From an uncultured Marinilabiliaceae bacterium (GTDB taxonomy: Bacteria; Bacteroidota; Bacteroidia; Bacteroidales; VadinHA17): a stretch of 64,000 bases of DNA. Under the pieces are notes generated by a model, which saw nothing but the letters and a program-made list of their open reading frames with translations, made no database searches and was not told the origin of the DNA. Where the stretch lies: the NCBI GenBank assembly GCA_942491535.1, contig CALOBV010000007.1, forward strand, positions 2,583 to 66,582, in the 5' to 3' direction. Shown here piece after piece: positions 1 to 7,689 of the stretch (the first letter of the stretch is position 1; every line of letters starts with the position of its first letter). The position numbers and the translations under genes were made by a program.

Positions 1-680
1 ATATTGTTTTCTAAATGAATATGTCGATGAAGGTCGGTCTCAAAATCCTTTAAGGTTTGATAGGTTACCTGGAAGGTTCCACAGCCATCAGGAGGACAGG
101 TATAAGATGAAGTTAGTTTTGAAATTTTCTCAAACGTTCTCCTTCTGTTTGTATGTTCTTCATGCATTAAATCAATGATTTTTTTTACTTCACCAAATTC
201 ATTTTTGCAATTTAACTTTCTTTTTTATATTTTACCATCTTCCGTATATAAGGGAAACAGGATTAATTCTTCTTTTTTCATATGAGCACTTAAGATTTTC
301 TGCTGCACCATCAAACAATTCTTTTATTTCAAAAAGTTCAGGATGGTTTTCTCCATGCACATCACATAACTTTTGTAAGTTTCTCCTGAAGAAAAGGAAT
401 ATTTTCACTTACATAGGTATGATGTCTTTTTTCAATATAATCGCAAAGCTCATTCAATTCTAGTCCGTCAATATATTTTGAATCGGGATCATTAATTGCA
501 CTAAAGCTTCTAACTCTGGCACTAATTTGATTAATATCTACATTTCGATTTTTTACATGCTTCTTCAAGGCTTATTCCTCCACCACAGCAAAAGTCAATC
601 TTATTTTTATCGAATATTTGTGCTGTTTTAAAATTGGCTTTTACAATTTCTCCTACGCTTGTATTTGTATTTATTTCCAT
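1..680 (-). pseudogene. Iron-sulfur cluster repair di-iron protein (RIC / ScdA / YtfE family), multiply frameshifted; C-terminus runs off the window start
   Basis: Minus-strand ATG at 680-678 opens MEINTNTSVGEIVKANFKTAQIFDKNKIDFCCGGGISLEEACKK, a ScdA_N-type N-terminus. Later pieces sit in other frames: NVDINQISA..LCDYIEKRHHTYVSENIPFLQEKLTKV (ORF 362-568), VHGENHPELFEIKELFDG, HMKKEELILFP, and NEFGEVKKIIDLMHEEH...CPPDGCGTFQVTYQTLKDFETDLHRHIHLENN (hemerythrin-like di-iron motifs). There are at least 5 frame changes, near 549-554 (A6 run), 364, 290, 252 and 230. Confidence 0.8.
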
Positions 681-715
681 AATATATTCATTTAATTGTT
701 TGACAAAGATATAAA

Positions 716-755
716 AATTTTATAAAAGGACATTCGTATGTCCTTTTATAAAATT
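716..755. promoter_or_regulatory. Perfect 18-bp inverted repeat with 4-nt spacer between divergent ric and norB starts; candidate operator
   Basis: AATTTTATAAAAGGACAT tcgt ATGTCCTTTTATAAAATT, arms 716-733 and 738-755, checked base by base. It lies 36 nt from the ric ATG (680) and 42 nt from the norB ATG (797). Confidence 0.45.
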
Positions 756-796
756 ATTATATATTTGTTTTCGAAAATTTTAAAATCATTTCAATT

Positions 797-3050
797 ATGA
801 AGACAAAAAAACTTTGGATTGGATTTATTTTGGTCATGGTTATTTCGTTTGGAATACTAGGTTACTATGGGCGCGAAATATACCGTGAAGCACCACCTAT
901 ACCAGAAAAAGTAGTTACAAGTAATGGAGAACTACTGTTTACAGGTCAAAACATCAAGGATGGTCAAAACATTTGGCAATCTATCGGTGGACAGGAAGTA
1001 GGAACTATTTGGGGGCACGGGGCCTACCAGGCACCTGACTGGACTGCTGATTGGTTGCATCGTGAGGCTGTTTATATTCTTCGATCGATTTGCACAAATC
1101 CGAATTTGAACTGGACGTATGATAAGCTTGATGAAGAAAAACAAGCCATGCTTCAAAAAAGACTGCAAAAAGAAATGAGAACCAACACCTACAATAAAGA
1201 AACGAAGACTTTACATATATCCGAAATTCGCGCTGAAGCTATCAAATTTGTTGGTAGTCATTACCAAGGATTGTTTATGAATGGTGAAGAACAAGAAGGA
1301 TTTACGTGAAGCGTATGCCATTCCTGCAAATAGCATTAAAGATGCAGATAGAATGGCTAAAATGAATAATTTTTTTTTTGGGCCACTTGGGCAACTGTAA
1401 CCGAGCGTCCCGGACAAGAAATTACTTATACAAACAATTGGCCTCCGGAGAAACTGGTTGCAAATGAACCAACAGCGGGTTCTTTTACTTTGGACAGGAT
1501 TTAGTGTTATTGTTCTTATTGGTTGGTATTGGCTTATTGGCATGGTATTATGCCACACGAAAAAAAGAGGATGATGAAGATGTTGATGTTCCTGCAGTAA
1601 ATCCATTATCGGGTATTCAGCAAACTCCTTCCATGAAAGCAACATTAAAATATTTTTGGGTGGTAACTGCACTTATTTTGGTTCAAATAATTATGGGGGT
1701 TGTTACTGCTCATTATGGAGTGGAAGGTAATGGTTTTTATGGATTGCCACTGGCAGACTTCTTACCCTATTCTATATCGAGAACATGGCATATTCAATTG
1801 GCAATTTTTTGGATTGCGACCTCATGGCTTGCCACAGGCTTATTTATTGCTCCTGCTGTTTCAGGAAAAGAACCAAAATTTCAAAAACTTGGTGTAGAAT
1901 TCTTATTTATTGCTTTGCTTAGTTATTGTTGTTGGTTCCTTAGCTGGACAATGGATGGGTGTGATGCAAAAATTAGGATTAGCTGAAAATTTCTGGTTCG
2001 GACACCAGGGATATGAGTACGTAGATCTGGGTCGTTTCTGGCAAATCTTTCTTTTCATAGGATTGTTTATCTGGTTGTTTTTAATGGGCAGAGCATTGCT
2101 TCCAGCATTAAAACAGCGTAATGAAAATCGTCATTTATTGTTGATGTTCTTAATAGCTTCAATAGCGATTGCATCCTTTTATGGTGCTGGTTTAATGTGG
2201 GGGCAACAAACACATCTTTCTATTGCAGAGTATTGGCGGTGGTGGGTAGTACATCTTTGGGTTGAAGGATTCTTTGAAGTATTTGCTACAGTTGCTATTG
2301 CCTTTTTATTTGTACGAATGCAATTATTAAAAGCAAGTATTGCTACATCAAGTGTTCTTTTCTCAACAATTATCTTCTTGTCAGGAGGTATTATCGGAAC
2401 ATTTCACCATTTATATTTTTCTGGAACACCTACAGCGGTACTGGCTCTTGGAGCAACCTTTAGTGCATTGGAAGTTGCACCGCTTGTTTTTATGGGATTT
2501 GAAGCCTATCACAATTTAAAACTTAGTCGTGCTAAAGAATGGGTAAATGCATACAAGTGGCCTATATACTTTTTTATTGCTGTTGCATTTTGGAATTTAT
2601 TGGGTGCAGGTATTTTCGGATTCTTGATTAATCCTCCAATTGCACTTTATTACATGCAAGGTTTAAACACAACACCCTGTTCATGGGCATACAGCCATGT
2701 TTGGAGTTTATGGAATGCTGGGTATGGGCTTAATGCTATTTGTATTAAGAGACATGAACTTAAAAGTTCAATGGAAAGAGAAACCAATTAAAATTGCATT
2801 CTGGTCTCTTAATATTGGCTTATTATTAATGGTATTGATTAGTGTTTTACCTGTTGGTTTAGCACAAACAGTAGCAAGTGTAAAACACGGATTATGGTAT
2901 GCACGTTCAGCCGAATTTTTGGGTACTCCAACAATGGAAACCATACGTTGGCTTCGGGTGATTGGAGATACTATCTTTACTGTTGGAGCATTATTCTTAG
3001 CCTATTTTATCTTTGGATTAAAAGGAGGATGGTCGATTAAGAAGCAGTAA
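797..3050 (+). pseudogene. norB: Quinol-dependent nitric oxide reductase (qNOR, NorB/NorZ large subunit), at least 6 frameshifts
   Basis: ORF fragments 797-1309, 1504-1986, 1910-2791 and 2697-3050, plus unlisted pieces at 1288-1500, concatenate into one qNOR. Recognisable stretches: WGHGAYQAPDWTADWLHREA, LREAYAIPANSI, FFFWATWATVTERPGQEITYTNNWPPEKLV, FWFGHQGYEYVDLGRFWQ, WWVVHLWVEGFFEVF, GTFHHLYFSG. PVHGHTAMFGVYGML is restored by removing one C of CCC at 2676-2678. Frame changes fall near 1285-1300, 1370-1379 (T10 run), 1485, 1503, 1915-1921 and 2676-2678. Confidence 0.85.
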
Positions 3051-3130
3051 TATAAATCAGTTTTAATAAAGATTCCTCGGATTGAATATCTACTGATTCA
3101 ATCCGAGGATATAGTCTCTTACGATGAAAG

Positions 3131-3674
3131 ATGACAGTTTACGATAAAAAGAGTGAATTAAGACAATACGTTCAGGAACTAAAAGAAAAGGTGTCGGTCT
3201 CTGATAGATTAATATTTTCTCAAGCCATTTTTGACAGAATTGAAGACCTGGAAGTATTTCAACAAGCAAAAACTATTTTGCTCTTTTGGTCAATGGAAAA
3301 TGAAGTTCAAACCCATGATTTTATTAGAAAATGGAAAGGCAGGAAATCAATATTCCTTCCGGCAATTCAAAATGATGATTTAGAGATAAAGAAGTATACC
3401 GGCAAAATGAATATGCTAAAGACTTCAAAGCTGACTTTATTTGAACCTCCTGACAGTGCCTTTTGCCGATCCAAAGGACATTGACCTGGTAATAACACCT
3501 GGCTTGGCTTTTGATCATAATAACAACAGGTTGGGTCATGGTAAAGGTTATTACGATAGATTATTAGCAGGAATGCGCGCATTTAAAATTGGCGTTTGTT
3601 TTAATTTTCAATTGTTTAACGAAATTCCTTATACCTTGAACGATGTAAAAATGGATATGGTTATTACAAATTGA
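3131..3674 (+). pseudogene. 5-formyltetrahydrofolate cyclo-ligase, single frameshift
   Basis: ORFs 3131-3484 and 3441-3674 overlap in different frames. The downstream part carries the family hallmark DIDLVITPGLAFDHNNNRLGHGKGYYDRLL. The junction is around 3455-3470. Confidence 0.75.
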
Positions 3675-3744
3675 TATGAATAAATTCCCTGACTTGAGAA
3701 TTTTGACTTATTTTTATGAATAATTGATATTAAAATCATAAATC

Positions 3745-4941
3745 ATGAATAAGCATATTACGAACAATGTTTTTTGGGTAGGGAAAAATGACTGGGAACT
3801 AAGACAATTCCATGGATACGAATACTCAACCAACAGAGGATCAACGTACAATTCATATTTAATCAAGGAAGAAAAAAATGTGTTGATAGATACTGTTTAT
3901 AAACCTTTCTCATCTGAATTCATTGCCAATCTTTCTAATGAGATAGAATTAAATAAGATTGATTATATTATAGCAAATCATGCTGAGCCTGATCATAGTG
4001 GTGCATTACCAGAGTTGATGAGTATTATTCCTGATACTCCCATTTACTGCACCTCCAATGGCATAAAATCTTTGAAAGGTCATTACCACAAAGAATGGAA
4101 TTTCAAAACTATAAAAACAGGTGACAAACTTCCTATTGGAAATGGTAAAGAGCTTGTATTTATTCAGGCTCCAATGTTGCACTGGCCTGATAGTATGTTT
4201 TCTTATTTAACTGGCGATAATATTTTATTTAGCAATGACGCATTTGGACAACATTTCTGTTCAGAATTATTATTTAACGATTTGGTTGATCAACATGAAC
4301 TTTATTCAGAAGCAATAAAATACTATGCCAATATATTAACCCCATTTAGTCATTTAGTAACAAAAAAAATAGAGGAAGTTATTAATCTTCAAGTACCTGT
4401 AGATTATATATGCACAAGTCATGGCGTAGTATGGCGTGATAATCCTTTGCAAATAGTTTCAAAATACAAGGAGTGGGCTAACGACTATCAGGAGAACCAG
4501 ATTACCATAATCTATGACACAATGTATAACGGAACACGATCAATCGCTGAGAGTATGGTAAAAGGTATATATTCAGTTGATAAGAATGTGACCATTAAAC
4601 TTTATAATGCTGCAAGCAATGATAAAAATGACATTATCACTGAGGTTTTTAAATCTAAAGCTATACTGATTGGCTCACCAACTTTGAACAATGGCATTAT
4701 GCATTCAATAGCAGGTCTGCTGGAACTTATAAAGGGACTTAAGTTTAAGAATAAAAAAGCAGCTTCTTTCGGATGCTATGGATGGCACGATAAATCAACA
4801 AAAGTAATATCTGATATTTTGACCGAATCAGGTTTTGAAATTATTTCCGAACCAATAAAATCAATCTGGCATCCGGATAAAGATATGTTAAGCAAGAGTC
4901 ATGAATACGGCAAGCAGCTTGTGGCACTCATAAATGATTAA
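3745..4941 (+). CDS. Flavodiiron protein (FprA / A-type flavoprotein), NorV-like NO reductase core without the rubredoxin domain
   Basis: 398 aa with a metallo-beta-lactamase-like domain (NHAEPDHSG) plus a flavodoxin-like domain. Long stretches match what I recall of E. coli NorV: NNVFWVGKNDWELRQFHG, YNSYLIKEEKNVLIDTV, PMLHWPDSM, LFSNDAFGQH, YYANILTPFS, TSHGVVWRDNP. It ends about 80 aa short of a flavorubredoxin. Confidence 0.88.
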   Translation: MNKHITNNVFWVGKNDWELRQFHGYEYSTNRGSTYNSYLIKEEKNVLIDTVYKPFSSEFIANLSNEIELNKIDYIIANHAEPDHSGALPELMSIIPDTPIYCTSNGIKSLKGHYHKEWNFKTIKTGDKLPIGNGKELVFIQAPMLHWPDSMFSYLTGDNILFSNDAFGQHFCSELLFNDLVDQHELYSEAIKYYANILTPFSHLVTKKIEEVINLQVPVDYICTSHGVVWRDNPLQIVSKYKEWANDYQENQITIIYDTMYNGTRSIAESMVKGIYSVDKNVTIKLYNAASNDKNDIITEVFKSKAILIGSPTLNNGIMHSIAGLLELIKGLKFKNKKAASFGCYGWHDKSTKVISDILTESGFEIISEPIKSIWHPDKDMLSKSHEYGKQLVALIND

Positions 4942-5012
4942 ATAATACTCACCTCCAGTTTGAATACAAGGATCTTTCAATTGTTGACATCTCAATTATT
5001 GATGCTGTTTTA

Positions 5013-5318
5013 TTGATTCTTGCAACTTACAGAATATCAAGAATGATAGTATATGATAAGGTATTTGGCTATTTCAGATACCTGATAAGAGTTAGATCAG
5101 GCAATAGTTTCTTCAATTCTATAAATAATCTTATAACCTGTCCCTGGTGTACCAGTGTTTGGATTGCATTATTCTTTTTTGACATTTACTATATGGTCTC
5201 TTATGGAAATTATTTTATTTATCTGATGGTGATATCAGCTATTGCCAGTCCACTGATATTACTAAGCAACTATTTGTCACTCCAGAATGATATTCTTAAG
5301 AAAAGGAGAGACGGGTGA
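5013..5318 (+). CDS. DUF1360-like small membrane protein
   Basis: LATYRISRMIVYDKVF ... CPWCTSVWIALFFF pattern followed by hydrophobic helices. The start may lie slightly upstream (TTG near 4983). Confidence 0.6.
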   Translation: MILATYRISRMIVYDKVFGYFRYLIRVRSGNSFFNSINNLITCPWCTSVWIALFFFDIYYMVSYGNYFIYLMVISAIASPLILLSNYLSLQNDILKKRRDG

Positions 5319-5319
5319 A

Positions 5320-6400
5320 CAAGTGTATTGCAAGCGTGCAGAGGAAGCGAGTTTGCAAATACTCTTGTAGTGCGAGGACAAAAAAAGGGTAGGGGAAGAA
5401 ATCAAAACGAGAATGGGGGAGAATTGGCAATTGAGCAATAGATGCTTTTGTAAGTTATTATAAGAAAAGGAGATATTGCGAGATTTTGGGTAGGAGAGGG
5501 GCTATTTAATATAGTGCTAATTATAGGCAAAGGACATTCGTCCAGGTACAAGATTCAAGACACCAGACTTAAGGCTTGCAAGATTATAAGATTATGTTGA
5601 AGTATAAATGTTCGCTGCGCTCACGTTAAAAGTTAAAACGATGGAATTCAGATGATTATACTTTAGATCTATAGATTACAAATCTAATAGTCAGGTACTT
5701 ATAAAGTTACGGTTGATATAATTTCTATTTAACATAATGTTAGAAATGCGGCAAACGACGAACGGCTAACGGCTAACGGGAGAGACTAGGTCTTGTATTA
5801 ATCTTGAAGCTTATAACTATAATAATAGCCGCAGGCAAACAGATCTAGAATCTTAAATCGTTAATCTGGCGTCTTAAATCAGAAGCTCTTATTTGTTATA
5901 CAGTCATAGATTTCTCGTCGTTGCACTCGCTCGGAATGACAAACAATTCAACACTTTAACGCTTCAACATTTCAACAATATTCTGATCCATTGTACAGTC
6001 TCTAATCAAATATGCGATTCTAATGAAGTTAAAACCCGTAATCCGGTTTCCGGTCTTCGGTCTCCGTTGTCCGGATCTATTTAGCATAATATCACATTAT
6101 AGCTGCAAATAACCGCATGAGCGAAGGCAAACAAATTGCGAGGGTAAGTTATCCAGGAAACAATATTTGTAAGCGTAGAACAAGCGTACGGTTTATATGA
6201 GCCACAAATTGCTTTATCATAAAATCGGTACCGTTATCGGATCTGGCGTCCGATAACTGATTTTATGCTAAATACTGCGTATGCGCAATTTGTTAGCGGA
6301 TTTGCCTATAATTAATATTATGTTAAATAGGAGATATTCCAAAATACTGCCTTATCACCTATCTGTGGTTTGTTGTCAAAAAACTGTGGAAATCTCTTTA
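5320..6400. repeat. 1.1-kb non-coding, repeat-dense island between convergent genes
   Basis: Only two short low-complexity track ORFs fall here (63 aa; 75 aa running on to 6508). A roughly 30-bp unit CTATTTARYATAnT..AATTATAGGCAAA occurs at 5502-5531(+), 5725-5755(+), 6077-6109(+) and 6301-6330(-). Several micro-tandem arrays are present: AACGGCT x3 at 5761-5781, four GTTGAAAT-type 8-mers in minus orientation at 5945-5976, and a CCGGTYT-like run at 6036-6076. Confidence 0.8.
6218..6267. other. Composite 18-bp hairpin / nested inverted repeat inside the non-coding island
   Basis: CATAAAATC (6218-6226) pairs with GATTTTATG (6259-6267). GTTATCGGA (6233-6241) pairs with TCCGATAAC (6249-6257), with a 7-nt loop TCTGGCG. 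Confidence 0.7.
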
Positions 6401-6401
6401 A

Positions 6402-6431
6402 TAAAAAACGGGACCCTTATCAGGATCCCGT
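6402..6431 (-). terminator. Rho-independent terminator of the TPR gene
   Basis: ACGGGA/TCCCGT stem extended by 3 further pairs, 4-nt loop, followed on the minus strand by a T6 run. It lies 24 nt past the stop at 6455. Confidence 0.7.
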
Positions 6432-6454
6432 ATATATTATTATTGTATGATTTA

Positions 6455-7603
6455 TTATCCTTCCAGCTCTTCTATCCTGGCTTTTACCTCGTCGTACTTT
6501 TCAGTTAACTTAAGACGATAGTAAAGTTCTCTTAAACTGGTAAGTGTTGACATATCGTCCGGACGAAGATCCCTGGCCTTTTCCATAAATGGAAGTGCAT
6601 TTCCAAATATTACCATAGCCTTCTCTATTGCCTTATTGTATTCAGTATTGTCCATAATGTCGTTTGCTGCATCAAACATCGCAGATGCCTTATTATAGTA
6701 GCAAACACCCATATTAAATTGAGTATCAAAAAGATCAGGCTTAATTTCTATTGATTTTCCAAGAGCAGCTATAGCTTCATCATATTTGTCCTGCTTCATA
6801 TACAAAACGCCTTCAGCCCAGTATAATGAGAAATTAGCATCATCCTTCTCTTTGGCCATTGTAATATACTCAAATGCATTATCATCCATCTCGTTAACCA
6901 GGTAAAAATCAATAAGTTGCAGTAATACCTGATCGTCTTCGGGAAATTTCTGGAATGCCTCAATAAGCGTCTTTTCGGCATTTTCAAGGTCACCCATATC
7001 GCTATACGTCATATACTTACGCAAATATGGAGTACCGCCTTCATATTCCATTTCAATACATTTATCATAATACATAATTGCCTTTTCGTAATTCTTGGCG
7101 TTATATGCTGTAAGCCCGGCATTAAAAACTACTGCCGTATCCATCAGGCCCATATATTTATCGCTGGATTGAATTTCGAGAAGGGTTTCAAATGCAATAA
7201 GTGATTTATCGAAATTTTCAGCCTCAAACTCGGTTATTGCCCATTCCAGGAAATCGTTAGATAATGTGGGGTACTGGAGAATGATCAATTTATCAATCTG
7301 TTGTTTATCATCCAGCTCCATGGCCTTTTGATAGCTCTGGTGCGCAATCATCAAGGGGTCAGTATATAAGTTAAGATTCTCATCTTTTGCTTCATAGCTT
7401 GCCTGGGCCAGTCTTCCCTGAACATAATATGTTTTAGGATAACCTACCGTCTTCTCGTGAACCAGTGCTTCGTCAACAGCTTCTTTAGCTTTAGAAAGAT
7501 TATTAGCATCAATCATGTTTAAAGCGGTGTTTACTTTACCCTTCTGGGCAAATCCACCAAGAACAAAGACCGAGATCAATAGTGAAAGAAAAAATCTTTT
7601 CAT
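6455..7603 (-). CDS. Secreted tetratricopeptide-repeat (TPR) protein
   Basis: Signal peptide MKRFFLSLLISVFVLGGFAQ, then repeated 34-residue A/Y/L helical motifs throughout the 382 aa. Confidence 0.75.
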   Translation of the reverse strand: MKRFFLSLLISVFVLGGFAQKGKVNTALNMIDANNLSKAKEAVDEALVHEKTVGYPKTYYVQGRLAQASYEAKDENLNLYTDPLMIAHQSYQKAMELDDKQQIDKLIILQYPTLSNDFLEWAITEFEAENFDKSLIAFETLLEIQSSDKYMGLMDTAVVFNAGLTAYNAKNYEKAIMYYDKCIEMEYEGGTPYLRKYMTYSDMGDLENAEKTLIEAFQKFPEDDQVLLQLIDFYLVNEMDDNAFEYITMAKEKDDANFSLYWAEGVLYMKQDKYDEAIAALGKSIEIKPDLFDTQFNMGVCYYNKASAMFDAANDIMDNTEYNKAIEKAMVIFGNALPFMEKARDLRPDDMSTLTSLRELYYRLKLTEKYDEVKARIEELEG

Positions 7604-7689
7604 AATTCAAGTTTATAAATTGTTTTTAAAAGTTCGTGTCAAATTTAATATATTACAGATTATTCTTCAAATACTTTGCCAAATTACTC

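Noticed and set aside
716-755. The 40-bp palindrome as a bidirectional rho-independent terminator
   Set aside because: Both flanking genes start here rather than end here. The arms are AT-rich with no flanking T-run logic for either transcript end.
5529-5541. The 13-nt identity (AAAGGACATTCGT) with the ric/norB palindrome as proof of a shared regulon site
   Set aside because: In 64 kb of AT-rich sequence a 13-mer match is only marginally unexpected. It is kept as a weak note within the palindrome finding and not treated as a separate regulatory call.
5502-6330. Possible CRISPR-like array, because a roughly 30-bp unit recurs four times
   Set aside because: Spacing is irregular (223, 352 and about 220 bp), the units are degenerate and one is inverted, the intervening sequence is itself repetitive, and no cas genes are present in the window.
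5893-6508. Track ORFs 5893-6084 and 6281-6508 inside the non-coding island
   Set aside because: They are low-complexity translations of repeat DNA. The second runs into the antisense of the TPR gene. Neither has a recognisable domain.
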